Assembly (NCBI RefSeq): GCF_003324675.1
Contig: NZ_CP030918.1
Location: 1,410,001 to 1,442,000 of the forward strand
Reading direction: 5' to 3'
DNA: 32,000 bases
From: Paracoccus suum
Lineage (GTDB): Bacteria; Pseudomonadota; Alphaproteobacteria; Rhodobacterales; Rhodobacteraceae
Position 1 is the first letter of the stretch; each line of letters starts with the position of its first letter. Below are positions 1 to 9,379 of this stretch, one piece after another. Both the position numbers and the translations under genes were made by a program. The notes below the pieces were generated by a model, which did no database searches, was not told where the DNA came from, and saw nothing but the letters and a program-made list of their open reading frames with translations.

Positions 1-554
1 GCATAGCGAAAGTCGCACAACGCCTCGCCCAGCGGCCGGCTGGCGAGGGAAGCGCCCAGTTCCGCCAGCAAAGCGTTCACGAAATCCGCCGCAATGGCGG
101 CGTCGGTGCGCGTTGCCCGGCGGGGCGCGGCGGCGCGGGCAGAGATCCGGCCAATTGCCTGCATCTCGATCAGCGATGCGATCATCGCCGGGCAGAGCGC
201 GATCACGCCGAGCCGCTCGGCTGGACCCTCGATCACCGCGATCAGCGCGCCCTCGGGCAGCAATTCCGACAGTTCCGCGAGTGTAATGCTTCTGACGGTC
301 ACCGTCTCTGCGCTCGCCTGAAGGCCGCTGGCCCGCGCGGCGGCGCGGCCGCTCGCGAGGGCTACGACGCGTTCCAGCGAGGGCGGCAGGGCGGGCGCCA
401 ACGGCGCGGGCTGGACGACCGCCCCAGGCAAAACGCCAGCCGCGATCAACCGGGCCCGCAGAACGCCCCCGACGCGCCCATGCGCCGCGTCCGCCTTGCG
501 TCCCTCCGGCATTGCGGTGTCGGCAGGCTGCGCCGTATCTGCACTGGCGTCCAT
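1..554 (-). CDS. Hypothetical protein, N-terminal part (gene runs off the left edge); faint resemblance to FliM/CheC-like switch proteins of Rhodobacterales
   Basis: Minus-strand frame is open from the ATG at 554 to the window edge. It is absent from the ORF track because it has no stop in the window. Translation: MDASADTAQPADTAMPEGRK...SITLAELSELLPEGALIAVIEGPAERLGVIALCPAMIASLIEMQAIGRI...RRATRTDAAIAADFVNALL. Third codon positions are strongly G/C, as in the real genes here. Confidence 0.5.
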   Translation of the reverse strand, partial: MDASADTAQPADTAMPEGRKADAAHGRVGGVLRARLIAAGVLPGAVVQPAPLAPALPPSLERVVALASGRAAARASGLQASAETVTVRSITLAELSELLPEGALIAVIEGPAERLGVIALCPAMIASLIEMQAIGRISARAAAPRRATRTDAAIAADFVNALLAELGASLASRPLGEALCDFRY

Positions 555-736
555 CTGCCGTCGTCCGCCCCTTTTGACACCGATTCGACCGTCTCTACCT
601 CGCTCTCATACCTGGATCAGGTTGACGAAACCCTAATCCGGCAGCATTTGCTGCTCTTGGTTCTTGAAACTTGTGCGCGCTCGGCGCATCTGTCACCGGC
701 CCCGCAGTTTGGCGGGGCGGATTAAACGGAGTGACC

Positions 737-955
737 ATGGCCAAGGAAGAAATGCTCGAATTCCCAGGCGTCGTGAAGGAACTCTTGCCGAATGCGACAT
801 TCCGGGTCGAGCTTGAGAACGGCCATGAGATCATCGCGCATATGGCGGGAAAGATGCGCAAGAACCGCATCCGCGTTCTGGCCGGCGACAAGGTGCAGGT
901 CGAAATGAACACCTATGATCTGACCAAGGGACGGATCAACTATCGCTTCAAGTGA
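737..955 (+). CDS. infA: Translation initiation factor IF-1
   Basis: 72 aa: [72 protein letters not shown]. Near-canonical IF-1 S1-fold sequence. The internal ATG at 737 of ORF 671..955 was chosen by homology. Confidence 0.97.
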   Translation: MAKEEMLEFPGVVKELLPNATFRVELENGHEIIAHMAGKMRKNRIRVLAGDKVQVEMNTYDLTKGRINYRFK

Positions 956-968
956 TCGTCCGACCCCC

Positions 969-1547
969 GTGCCGCGCCTGATTCTCGCCTCGGCCAGCCC
1001 CCGGCGCCTTGCGCTGCTGGCGCAGATCGGACTTGTCCCCGACCTTGTGATTGCCACTGACATCGACGAGGCCCCCCGCCCCGGCGAGCCTGCGCGCGAC
1101 TGCGCGCTGCGGCTTGCGGCCGGAAAGGCGGCGGTCGTCGATGCGGGCCCGGACGACGTTGTCCTTGCTGCCGATACTATCGTCTCTGCGGGACGCCGCA
1201 TCCTGGGAAAACCCGAGGACGCGGCCGAGGCCGAGGCCTTTTTGCGTCTGTTGTCGGGCCGTCGGCACCGCGTCGCGACCGCCGTTGCCGTGCGGCGCGG
1301 CGCGCGGGAATCGCTGCGCCTCGTGGAGACGACGGTGCGCTTTCGGCCCCTGACGCGGACCGAAATCGAGGATTACATCGCCTGCGGCGAGTGGCAGGGG
1401 AAGGCCGGCGGCTACGCAATCCAGGGCCGTGCTGCGGCCTTTGCGCCATGGCTGCAGGGATCGTTTACCGGCGTGGTCGGTTTGCCGCTGGCCGAAACGG
1501 CGGCCATGTTGAGGGCGGCCGGCATTCGACCGCGGGGGGACGCATGA
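969..1547 (+). CDS. maf: Maf-like nucleoside triphosphate pyrophosphatase (septum formation protein Maf)
   Basis: GTG start. N-terminus is (M)[16 protein letters not shown], the Maf signature, and GGYAIQG lies near the C-terminus. Its stop overlaps the next gene (ATGA at 1544-1547). maf-rng synteny as in E. coli yhdE-rng. Confidence 0.9.
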   Translation: MPRLILASASPRRLALLAQIGLVPDLVIATDIDEAPRPGEPARDCALRLAAGKAAVVDAGPDDVVLAADTIVSAGRRILGKPEDAAEAEAFLRLLSGRRHRVATAVAVRRGARESLRLVETTVRFRPLTRTEIEDYIACGEWQGKAGGYAIQGRAAAFAPWLQGSFTGVVGLPLAETAAMLRAAGIRPRGDA

Positions 1548-2605
1548 AGGGCAGACAAGTCGTTCTGGGCCAGTTGTTCGGGGCCGAGGCCGCGGCGCTG
1601 ATGGTCGACGGCCAACTGGAGGACCTTCTGGTCGATTCATCGGCTCTGGTCCCGTTGGCGCCCGGAGCAATCTGCCGCGGCATCGCCGACAGGCCGATGA
1701 AGGGGCAGGGCGGTCTGTTTCTGCGCCTGCCGGGCGGGGCCAGCGGGTTCCTGCGCGATCGCAGCGGCATCGCGCCGGGCCAGCCGGTGCTGGTGCAGAT
1801 CGCCGGCATCCCCGAGTCCGGCAAGGCGATTCCGGTGACCGCGCGCCTCTTGTTCCGCGGCCGCGCCGGTATCGTGACCCCCGATGCGCCGGGCGTGAAC
1901 GTCTCGCGCCGCATCCGCGACGAAGAGGCGCGCGTCGCCCTGACGGCGATGGGAGAGGCCGCGCTGTCCGGTTGCGATCCCCGCACCGGCATGGTTATCC
2001 GTAGCGCGGCCGAGGTTGCCGATCCGGCCGAGGTTTCGGACGAGTTGACCCAACTCGCCCAACTGGCGGCTGCCATCGCCGATGATGTGGACGGGAAAGA
2101 GGAGTTGCTGCTCGATGCTCCCACCCCGTGGGAGGCCGCGTGGCGCGACTGGTCCGAACCCGAGGACAGCGTGTTGCAGGGCGAGACTGCCCTCGCCGAC
2201 AGCGGTGCCGAGGCCGCGATCGCCGCGCTGCTCTCGCCCGAGGTTTCGTTGCCGGGCGGCGGCTCTGCGGTGATCGAGCAGAACCGCGCGTTGGTTGCGA
2301 TCGATGTGAACACTGGTCGCGACAGCTCGCCCGCCGCCGGCCTGAAGGCGAACATTGCCCTCGCGCGGGATCTGCCGCGCCAGTTGCGCCTGCGCGGGTT
2401 CGGCGGCCAGGTGGTCGTCGATTTTGCGCCGATCCCCAAGCGCGACCGCGGGACGTTGGAGCAGGTGCTGCGCGCCGCTTTCAAGGGCGAGGCGGCCGAG
2501 ACCGTGCTGGCCGGCTGGACTGCCATGGGCCTGTTCGAGATGAGCCGCAAGCGCGACCGCGTCCCATTGGCGCGCCTCGCCGCCGCCGCCGGATGGCAGC
2601 TATGA
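1544..2605 (+). CDS. rng: Ribonuclease E/G family protein (short alphaproteobacterial RNase G-like form)
   Basis: 353 aa starting [23 protein letters not shown]. Contains ...[11 protein letters not shown]...GGQVVVDF..., the catalytic-core motifs of RNase E/G. Translationally coupled to maf upstream and yacG downstream. Confidence 0.85.
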   Translation: MKGRQVVLGQLFGAEAAALMVDGQLEDLLVDSSALVPLAPGAICRGIADRPMKGQGGLFLRLPGGASGFLRDRSGIAPGQPVLVQIAGIPESGKAIPVTARLLFRGRAGIVTPDAPGVNVSRRIRDEEARVALTAMGEAALSGCDPRTGMVIRSAAEVADPAEVSDELTQLAQLAAAIADDVDGKEELLLDAPTPWEAAWRDWSEPEDSVLQGETALADSGAEAAIAALLSPEVSLPGGGSAVIEQNRALVAIDVNTGRDSSPAAGLKANIALARDLPRQLRLRGFGGQVVVDFAPIPKRDRGTLEQVLRAAFKGEAAETVLAGWTAMGLFEMSRKRDRVPLARLAAAAGWQL

Positions 2606-2793
2606 GCGCCGCGCGTACAGCGGCCCCGCAAGGTGGCAATTGTCCAATCTGCGGCAAGGCCACGGTGCGCGCCTTCCGCCCGTTCTGTTCCGCCCGCTGT
2701 GCGGACGTGGACCTGGCCCACTGGCTGCGCGGCGACTATCGCATCCCGGCCGAGCCGGTGGATCCCGAAGCACAGGATCCGGCGTCAGAATAG
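2602..2793 (+). CDS. yacG: DNA gyrase inhibitor YacG (zinc-finger protein)
   Basis: 63 aa: [53 protein letters not shown]...CSARC four-Cys zinc finger and the DL..WL motif. ATGA overlap with the preceding gene. Confidence 0.9.
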   Translation: MSAARTAAPQGGNCPICGKATVRAFRPFCSARCADVDLAHWLRGDYRIPAEPVDPEAQDPASE

Positions 2794-2854
2794 CTCTGGA
2801 CAGGGCCGCGTGCGGCGGCTAATCACGCCCGCACCCGGCCGGAAACGGCCCAGT

Positions 2855-2930
2855 GCCCGGATAGCTCAGTTGGTAGAGCAGCGGATTGAAAATCCGCGTG
2901 TCGGTGGTTCGAATCCGCCTCCGGGCACCA
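2855..2930 (+). tRNA. tRNA-Phe (anticodon GAA)
   Basis: 76 nt: GCCCGGATAGCTCAGTTGGTAGAGCAGCGGATTGAAAATCCGCGTGTCGGTGGTTCGAATCCGCCTCCGGGCACCA. Folds as a cloverleaf with acceptor GCCCGGA/TCCGGGC, anticodon stem GCGGA/TCCGC, loop TTGAAAA, T-loop GGTTCGAATCC and an encoded CCA. Nearly identical in pattern to E. coli tRNA-Phe. Confidence 0.95.
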
Positions 2931-3020
2931 CTTTTCCTCAGTCCTAACGTCGAGCGCGGCAGGCCGGTCGTGGTACCGGCAGCCTGGGATGCAGATGTCG
3001 TTACCCCTGCGGCGGCGGTC

Positions 3021-3890
3021 CTATGCGCTCTCATACTGCGCCCGCGCCGCAGCGATAAATGCCGCAACGACGCCCAACTCGGACACCTCCTGGCGGCAGA
3101 CGAGGTATTCGGAGGCGGGCGAAGAGTCGCGGATGGGGACGCCGACCAGACGCTCATCGGCGCCGAGTTCGGCGTCGAATACGACCCCGATGCCCAGCCC
3201 AGCGGCCACGGCTTCCTTCATGGCCTCTCGGCTGCCCATGACGAACTGCTGGGGAAAGACGACGCCCAGACGTTGCGCGGTGCCCTCGAACAGTTGGCGG
3301 GTGGACGAGCCGACCTCGCGCATGATGATGGTCTCGTCGGTAGCCTCGGACAGGTCGATCTCGGCGCGGTTCGACCAAGGATGCCCTGCGGGCAGCACGA
3401 ACATCAGCCGCAGCGCCACCAGCCGGGTGCAAGCGAGATGCGGCAGAGGTTCCGTCAGCGTCAGCATGGCGATGTCGATCCGCGACTGCTCGACCATCTC
3501 CAGCAGGCGGGCCGAGTTGTCGAACAAGACCTCCAGGCGGACGGTAGGGCAGGCGGCCATGAATCGCCCCAGCACCGGCATGACGAGGTGCGGGGCGCAT
3601 TGGCCGATGGACAGGCAGCCTCCCTCGGGCGAAGCGCGGCCGAATAGCCGCATCTCAAGATCGTCCAGCACCAGCAGGGCTTGCCGGACGCGGGGCAGCA
3701 GCGCCTCGCCCTCGGCCGTCAGCACCGCACCGCTGGCTTGTCGCAGCAGCAAGGGACGCCCGCTGTCCCGCTCCAACGCCTTGATGTGCTGGGTCACCGC
3801 CGGCTGGCTGATCCCGAGCGACTGCGCTGCTGCAGAAAGCGAGCCATGCCGCGCGACGGCGTCCAGGCTGCGCAGAAACTGGGCGTTCAT
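3021..3890 (-). CDS. LysR-family transcriptional regulator (likely regulator of the divergent aminophosphonate operon)
   Basis: Starts MNAQFLRSLDAVARHGSLSAAAQSLGISQPAVTQHIKALERDSGRPLLLR, the LysR HTH, followed by a LysR substrate-binding domain. The internal ATG at 3890 of ORF 3021..3986 was chosen by homology. Divergent from the ABC operon starting at 4026. Confidence 0.85.
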   Translation of the reverse strand: MNAQFLRSLDAVARHGSLSAAAQSLGISQPAVTQHIKALERDSGRPLLLRQASGAVLTAEGEALLPRVRQALLVLDDLEMRLFGRASPEGGCLSIGQCAPHLVMPVLGRFMAACPTVRLEVLFDNSARLLEMVEQSRIDIAMLTLTEPLPHLACTRLVALRLMFVLPAGHPWSNRAEIDLSEATDETIIMREVGSSTRQLFEGTAQRLGVVFPQQFVMGSREAMKEAVAAGLGIGVVFDAELGADERLVGVPIRDSSPASEYLVCRQEVSELGVVAAFIAAARAQYESA

Positions 3891-4025
3891 CCTGTTCCTC
3901 CCATCGGTGCGAACAACGGCCCGCGTCACAAAGCCGACACGGACTTCATCTATCCTTATAGCAGAAGGCGAAAAACGCGCCATCACTTATGGCCAGAAAT
4001 CTGCCTGACAGCAAAAGGATAGACC
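3891..4025. promoter_or_regulatory. Divergent promoter/operator region between the LysR gene and the ABC importer operon
   Basis: 135-bp stretch that is AT-richer than its surroundings. Contains a CTATCCTTATAG dyad (CTAT-N4-ATAG) at 3950-3961 and an AAGGA ribosome-binding site at 4015-4019, ahead of the ATG at 4026. No transcription start can be assigned from sequence alone. Confidence 0.35.
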
Positions 4026-4991
4026 ATGACACGCATCCAACTTCGTCCCGGCCTGTCGGGCCTCGCCGTTACTCTTGCGCTGACTGCGGCCGGCGCGGCG
4101 AGCGCGCGCGAGCTGGTGATCTACAATGCGTCGGACAAGGTGAACACGGTCATGATGGCCGCGTTCAAGGAGAAGCACCCCGATATCGAGGTGAAATTCG
4201 TGGACGGCTCGACCGGCCCGATCACCGAGCGCGCCATCACCGAAAAGAGCAATCCACAGGCGGATATCGTCTATCTGGTCAACAACCTCGCGCTGGAGCA
4301 GCTGAAGCAGGCGGGCGTGTTCGAACCCTACGAACCGGTGGATTCGAGGATCGCGCCCGACTTTCGGGATCCCGACAATTTCTTCAACAAGTACTTTGCC
4401 ACCACGATGTGCATGGTCGTGAACACCGAGCGACTGGGTCAGAAAAACCTGCCCATGCCGACCACCTGGGAAGACTTGGTCAAGCCGGTCTACAAGAACG
4501 AGATCTCGCTGCCCTCGCCGCTGAAGTCGGGCACGGGCGGGGCGGTCCTCACGACCTTCGTGGACGCATTCGGCTGGCCCTTCGTCGAGAACCTGAAGGA
4601 GAACGTCTATCAGTGGTCCGAGGGTGGCAGCGGCGGCGCGAACCTCGCCTCGACCGGCGAGGTCGCGGTCGGCATCAGCTTCGACACGACTTGCCACCAG
4701 ATCAAGGACTCTGGCCGCCCGGTCGAGGTTGTCTATGGCCGCATCACCCCGAACGTGACTGAGGGAGGCGGGCTGGTCGCCGGCGGCCCGAACCCCGAGG
4801 AAGCCAAGCTTTACCTCGACTTCATGGCCAGCGATGACGCCGCCAAGGCGCTGGACGATCTGGTTGGCGCGACTGCGGCGCCTGGCTACGGCCTCGTCGA
4901 TCTGTCCGAAGTCTACCTGTGGCAGATCCGCCGTCCGGTGGATATGGTCGAGTTCCGCAAGGAGTTCTCGACCCGGATCATGGGCGAATGA
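4026..4991 (+). CDS. ABC transporter periplasmic substrate-binding protein, 2-aminoethylphosphonate/iron(III)-type family (PhnS/AepX-like)
   Basis: 321 aa with a signal peptide, MTRIQLRPGLSGLAVTLALTAAGAASA|RELVIYNASD. Family-1 solute-binding-protein pattern. Substrate is inferred from context, with phnX and a LysR regulator in the cluster. Confidence 0.85.
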   Translation: MTRIQLRPGLSGLAVTLALTAAGAASARELVIYNASDKVNTVMMAAFKEKHPDIEVKFVDGSTGPITERAITEKSNPQADIVYLVNNLALEQLKQAGVFEPYEPVDSRIAPDFRDPDNFFNKYFATTMCMVVNTERLGQKNLPMPTTWEDLVKPVYKNEISLPSPLKSGTGGAVLTTFVDAFGWPFVENLKENVYQWSEGGSGGANLASTGEVAVGISFDTTCHQIKDSGRPVEVVYGRITPNVTEGGGLVAGGPNPEEAKLYLDFMASDDAAKALDDLVGATAAPGYGLVDLSEVYLWQIRRPVDMVEFRKEFSTRIMGE

Positions 4992-6076
4992 TCCACGAAC
5001 GGCGTCCCGAAGCCGCTATCGCCGTCGGGCCGCTGCTGCGGCTCGACGGGATTTCGCGCTCCTTCGGCCAAACCAAGGCAGTCGATGGGGTGTCGCTGGA
5101 GATCGCCCAAGGCGAGTTCGTGACACTGCTGGGCGATTCCGGCTGCGGCAAGACCACCCTGCTGCGCATTGTCGCGGGCTATGTCGCGCCTGAACGCGGC
5201 CGCGTGCTGCTGGTGGACCGCGACATCACCGCGCTTGCCCCGGCGAGGCGGCGCATGGGATTCGTCTTTCAATCCTACGCGCTCTTCCCGCATCTCGACG
5301 TCGGGGCGAACATCGCCTTCGCGCTGAGGCTGGCGGGCGAGCCGATGTCGTTGCGCAGATCCCGCACCGCCGAACTGGCCGAGATGCTGGAGATCGCGCA
5401 CCTGCTGGACCGCTTTCCGCACGAGCTTTCGGGGGGTCAGCAGCAGCGGGTGGCGATGGCCCGGGCGCTCGCCTCGTCGCCGCAACTGCTGCTGCTGGAC
5501 GAGCCGATGTCGGCGCTGGATGCCCGCATCCGTACCCGTCTGCGCGACGAGTTGAAGGCCCTCATCACGCGCATCGGGCTGACGGCGCTTTACGTCACCC
5601 ACGATCAGGAGGAAGCGCTGGCGATGTCGGACCGCATCTGCGTGATGCACAGCGGCCGGCTGGAGCAGGTCGGCACCCCAGCCGAGATCTATCATCGCCC
5701 CGCCACGCGTTTCGTCGCCGAGTTCGTGGGGCTCTCCAATATCATTGACGGGATTGCCGACGCCGGCGGCTTTGATGCGGGCGGCGAGATCTGGCCGCTG
5801 CCCAGCAACGAGGCGCGCCTGGGCGCCGCCACGCTGGTCTATCGGCCCGAAGCGATTGACCTGTCCGCTTTTCGCGGCGGGGGTGACCCCCGCCTTGTCG
5901 GCCGGATCGAGCGCATCGCCCTGCTGGGCGCACTGCAACGGCTCTGGGTCCGCACCCGCGCGGGCCGTCTGGTGCTGGTCGAGCGGCCCTCGGTTGAAGT
6001 GGAATGGCGCGCCGGGATGGCGGTGTCGCTGGCGCCCGATCCCGAGCGTGGCCGCTTGCTGGCCGTGGCCGCCTGA
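4988..6076 (+). CDS. ABC transporter ATP-binding protein (PhnT/PotA-like, with C-terminal TOBE-type regulatory domain)
   Basis: Walker A GDSGCGKTT, signature [15 protein letters not shown], Walker B LLLLDEP, H-loop YVTHDQ. ATGA overlap with the binding-protein gene at 4988-4991. Confidence 0.9.
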   Translation: MIHERRPEAAIAVGPLLRLDGISRSFGQTKAVDGVSLEIAQGEFVTLLGDSGCGKTTLLRIVAGYVAPERGRVLLVDRDITALAPARRRMGFVFQSYALFPHLDVGANIAFALRLAGEPMSLRRSRTAELAEMLEIAHLLDRFPHELSGGQQQRVAMARALASSPQLLLLDEPMSALDARIRTRLRDELKALITRIGLTALYVTHDQEEALAMSDRICVMHSGRLEQVGTPAEIYHRPATRFVAEFVGLSNIIDGIADAGGFDAGGEIWPLPSNEARLGAATLVYRPEAIDLSAFRGGGDPRLVGRIERIALLGALQRLWVRTRAGRLVLVERPSVEVEWRAGMAVSLAPDPERGRLLAVAA

Positions 6077-8151
6077 TGAAAGCCCGTCAGAAGCAGACGG
6101 CCGCGGGAGCGTTGCTATCGCTGGTCGTGGCAGCACTGCTGGTCATCTTCATCGCCGTTCCCTTCGCGGCGGTGCTGCGCGAGAGCGTTGTCGTCTCGCA
6201 GCCGATGTCGTTGCAGCGACTCGACCGCATCACCCGCGAGGCCATCGCCGAGATTCCGGACGCCGAGCGGGACGTCGCTTTGGCGCGCTGGGCTGGGCAG
6301 ATCACCCCATCCGAGCGCGTCGAGGCGATGGCCGCAGCGTTCCATTTGGCCGATCGCGACGTGCCATGGGACCGCAGCCGTCCCTATGAAGAACAGGACC
6401 GCCGAGCCCAGGCAGCGCACGCGGCGCTCGATCCGGTCGCGCGCTCCGAGGTCGATGATTTCTTCGCCGTCGCGCATGTGATGCTGCACAAGCGCACGGC
6501 GCTCGCCTTCATGGTCCGCGAGGAGATCGGGAAGGCACGATTCGACGGCATGCGCAGCGGGGTCGAGCGCCAGTTCGGGCTGGCCAACTATGCCGAGGTG
6601 CTGGCGACCCCGCACTTCCAGCGCGCGGCGATCAACTCGCTGACCTTGGCGTCGGTAACGACATTGATGACCGTCAGCCTCGCCTTCGCGTTGGCCTATG
6701 GTCTGAACTCAGGCGCGTTGCCGCGTCCGGGCCTCATGCGCGGTGTGCTGCTGTTGCCGCTGGTCGCGCCTCCGGTCCTGATCGCGACGGCGACACTGAT
6801 GCTGTTCGGGCGGCGGGGGCTGATCACCAACGGCCTGCTGGATGGGGCGCTGGGGCTGGTCGACGCCGACCAGGTCAATATCTACGGCCCGGTCGGCATC
6901 GTCGTCGTGCAGATGCTCGCCTTCTTGCCGGCTGCGCTGATCGTGCTGGACAACGGCTTTCGCGACAGCGACCCGCGCCTGGTCGAGGCGGCGCCAGGGC
7001 TGGGGGCGGGCTACGGGGCGCAGATGCGCAGCGTGGTCCTGCCGATGAGTTTTCCGGCGCTGAAGCGCACTATCGTGCTGGTCTTCATCATGGCGCTGAC
7101 GGATTTTTCCAACCCGATGCTGCTGGGGGGCGGGTTTCCGGTGCTGGCCGAGGTGATCTACGACCAGATAACCGCCTACCGGAACATGCCGCTCGCCGCC
7201 GCGGTCTGCATCATCCTGCTGATCCCACCACTGCTGCTTTATGTGGCGCTGGAGCAGATCGGCCGTCGCCGCCGCTTTTTCGTGCCGGGCGCCGCCCCGC
7301 GAGGCGTCCTGCCAGTGCCCGCACCGGCGCGTCGGCTGCTCGCCGGCCTTGCCCTTGCGGCCGGAGGTGCGATCTTGCTGGTCTATGGCACGATGATCCT
7401 CGGCGCCTTCACGCGGATCTGGGGCGTCGACCGGGGGCTGACGCTGGGCTATTTCATCCCCGCGCTGCAACCCACCGGGCTGCCAACCAACGTCGCGGGA
7501 ATGAGCGAAGTCGCCGACAGCCTGCGACTGGCTCTGGTCGCCGCACCTCTGGGCGGCCTTCTGGCCGTGCTGGTCGCCTATGTCGTCGAGAGGCTGCGGC
7601 CGCCGGGATCGGGCGTGATCTTCTTCATCACGCTGATGCCGGCAATCCTGCCCGGCATCATCTTCGGCATTGGCTATATCCTCGCCTTCAACGCGCCCTT
7701 CGGCATTCCGGCTCTGTCTCTTAGCGGGACCTTTGCAATCCTCGTGCTGAACGTGATGTTCGGCAATCTTTTCGTCGGCGTCCTGGCGGGACGCGCGGCG
7801 CTGCAGCGGCTCGACCGCAGTGTGGACGAAGCGGCGGAGGGTCTGGGCGCGGGTATCGGTGCCCAGATCGGGCTGATCATGCTGCCGCTGCTGCGGGTGC
7901 CGATCCTCCTCGGGACGCTTTATGTGTTTATCGACGCGCTGACGACGCTTTCGTCGGTCATCTTCCTGGTCTCCGGCGATCACAAGCTGGCGTCGATCGC
8001 GATCTTCAACGCTGCGAATGGATCCTCCTTCGGGCCGGCTGCGGCCAAGAGTGTCGCGCTGCTGGTTATTGCGCTGACAGCGATGGCGCTGCTGCGCCGG
8101 ATGGAGCGCCGCGCCGGCACCGGATTTCGCAAGGAAGTGGTTCAAGCATGA
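6076..8151 (+). CDS. Fused two-domain ABC transporter permease (PhnU2/FbpB-like) with a long hydrophilic insertion after TM1
   Basis: 691 aa with two tandem permease halves, each carrying an EAA-like loop (VEAAPGLGAGYGAQMRSVVLP and DEAAEGLGAGIGAQIGLIMLP). TGATG overlap with the ATPase gene and ATGA overlap with the next gene. Confidence 0.85.
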   Translation: MKARQKQTAAGALLSLVVAALLVIFIAVPFAAVLRESVVVSQPMSLQRLDRITREAIAEIPDAERDVALARWAGQITPSERVEAMAAAFHLADRDVPWDRSRPYEEQDRRAQAAHAALDPVARSEVDDFFAVAHVMLHKRTALAFMVREEIGKARFDGMRSGVERQFGLANYAEVLATPHFQRAAINSLTLASVTTLMTVSLAFALAYGLNSGALPRPGLMRGVLLLPLVAPPVLIATATLMLFGRRGLITNGLLDGALGLVDADQVNIYGPVGIVVVQMLAFLPAALIVLDNGFRDSDPRLVEAAPGLGAGYGAQMRSVVLPMSFPALKRTIVLVFIMALTDFSNPMLLGGGFPVLAEVIYDQITAYRNMPLAAAVCIILLIPPLLLYVALEQIGRRRRFFVPGAAPRGVLPVPAPARRLLAGLALAAGGAILLVYGTMILGAFTRIWGVDRGLTLGYFIPALQPTGLPTNVAGMSEVADSLRLALVAAPLGGLLAVLVAYVVERLRPPGSGVIFFITLMPAILPGIIFGIGYILAFNAPFGIPALSLSGTFAILVLNVMFGNLFVGVLAGRAALQRLDRSVDEAAEGLGAGIGAQIGLIMLPLLRVPILLGTLYVFIDALTTLSSVIFLVSGDHKLASIAIFNAANGSSFGPAAAKSVALLVIALTAMALLRRMERRAGTGFRKEVVQA

Positions 8152-9362
8152 CTACTCTTGCTGAACGCGATGCGCGCGTGTTTTTGCATCAAAGTTCATC
8201 CTCGCCCGTCCGCAGCGGGCTGCGGGCGGTCGAGGGCATGTGGATCGAGGATAATGACGGCCGCCGCCTGATTGATCTGCACGGCAACACTGCCCATCTT
8301 CTGGGCCACGCGAACCCGGAGATTCGCGCTGCGCTGGCCCGGCAACTCGACGAGCTGGCCTTTTGCCCGCGCCGCTATACCAACGCACCCGCGGTTGAGC
8401 TGGCCGAGGCGCTGACCGCCCGGTGGTCGGGTCGGGGCGAGGCCGGGGTGCTGTTCGCCCCCAGCGGCTCTGACGCTATCGAGATCGCCATGCGCCTTGC
8501 CCGCGCCGCGACCGGAAGGTTCGAGACGGTGTCGCTGGACGGCTCGTTCCACGGCAGCGGCTTTGGCGCGCTGGGCCTTTCAGAGGCCGTGCTGGACCCC
8601 CGCCTCGGCCCGCACCTGCCTGGTCTGCAGCATGTCGCGCCCTATTGGGGTGAGGGCGGCGCCGAGCGCATGCTGGATGGGCTGCGCCAAGCCTTCGCGA
8701 CAAGTGCCACGGGTATTTCCGCGGTGATCGCCGAAGCGGTGCGCTCGAACTGTCATATGCCGCCACCCCAGCTGTGGCCCGAGGTCCGGCGCGTCTGCGA
8801 CGATCATGGCGCGCTGCTGATTTTTGACGAGATTCCCTCGGGCCTCGGCCGGGCGGGCAGGTTTTTCGCCTTCGAACTGTTCGATGTCCAGCCAGACATA
8901 GCGGTGCTGGGCAAGTCGCTCGGTGGTGGGGTTCTGCCGCTGGCCGCCGTGATCGCCGACCGCCGGCTGGACGTCGCCCCGGACCTCGACATCGGGCACT
9001 ACACGCATGAAAAGAACCCGATGCAGGCGCGCGCGGGGCTGACGACCGTGCAGATGGTCCTGCGCGACGATCTCCCCACCCGCGCAGTCGAGATTGGACA
9101 TCGCCTCGCCGAAGGTATCGCCGAGATTGCTGCGCGAACTGGCCGCCCCGCTGGTCTACGCGGCCCCGCCGCGCTTCTTGCGCTCGAGTTGCCGGGATGC
9201 GGGCTCGCAACGGCCGAGTTGGTCGCGCGCTGCAGGGATGCCGGTCTGTCCACTACCGGCAAGGGTCCCCAGTCGGTCGGGCTGAGTCTGCCCTTGACCG
9301 TCAGCGATACGGATATCGACGAAGTGCTGAGCCGGATCGAAACGCTGATTGCGCGTCTCTGA
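8148..9362 (+). CDS. Class-III aminotransferase-fold PLP-dependent enzyme (aminophosphonate transaminase or PbfA-like lyase; function not resolved)
   Basis: 404 aa with APSGSDAIEIAMRLAR, LIFDEIPSGLGRAGRFFAFE and VLGKSLGGG (PLP lysine), all typical of the GABA/ornithine aminotransferase fold. Last gene of the importer operon. Confidence 0.85.
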   Translation: MTTLAERDARVFLHQSSSSPVRSGLRAVEGMWIEDNDGRRLIDLHGNTAHLLGHANPEIRAALARQLDELAFCPRRYTNAPAVELAEALTARWSGRGEAGVLFAPSGSDAIEIAMRLARAATGRFETVSLDGSFHGSGFGALGLSEAVLDPRLGPHLPGLQHVAPYWGEGGAERMLDGLRQAFATSATGISAVIAEAVRSNCHMPPPQLWPEVRRVCDDHGALLIFDEIPSGLGRAGRFFAFELFDVQPDIAVLGKSLGGGVLPLAAVIADRRLDVAPDLDIGHYTHEKNPMQARAGLTTVQMVLRDDLPTRAVEIGHRLAEGIAEIAARTGRPAGLRGPAALLALELPGCGLATAELVARCRDAGLSTTGKGPQSVGLSLPLTVSDTDIDEVLSRIETLIARL

Positions 9363-9379
9363 CCCGGCTCGCGGCTCGG

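Noticed and set aside
1465-2721. Very long ORFs antisense to, or out of frame with, the called genes. Examples: 1465-2721(-), 4913-6136(-), 6709-8145(-), 10524-11555(-), 13044-14144(+), 16475-17443(+), 25353-26447(+), 30109-31086(-).
   Set aside because: Their translations are Arg/Pro/Ala/Gly-rich low-complexity strings with no recognisable motifs. Each lies opposite a gene with clear homology. Stop-codon scarcity in very GC-rich DNA produces such shadow ORFs routinely.
2958-2984. Stem-loop GCCGGT-CGTGGT-ACCGGC (extendable) between tRNA-Phe and the LysR gene stop, considered as a bidirectional terminator.
   Set aside because: No T/U-tract follows on either strand, so an intrinsic-terminator call is not supported.
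2855-3020. tRNA-Phe as the attachment site of an integrated genomic island, with 3-22 kb as the island.
   Set aside because: There is no integrase, excisionase, transposase or plasmid/phage gene anywhere in the window. I could find no convincing direct repeat of the tRNA 3' end; only a 9-nt chance match, ccgggcacc, near 17061. It is kept only as a low-interest synteny question.
3891-3986. Longer N-terminal extensions offered by the ORF track. Examples: LysR to 3986, phnE to 14138, phnK to 18802, phnF to 22471, EamA to 23897, 2OG oxygenase to 25494, nitroreductase to 27144, response regulator to 29246, membrane protein from 30046, permease from 6004, ATPase from 4919.
   Set aside because: The extensions overlap upstream genes or add Arg/Pro-rich non-homologous sequence. 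The internal starts coincide with family-typical N-termini and with ATGA/TGATG coupling or ribosome-binding sites.
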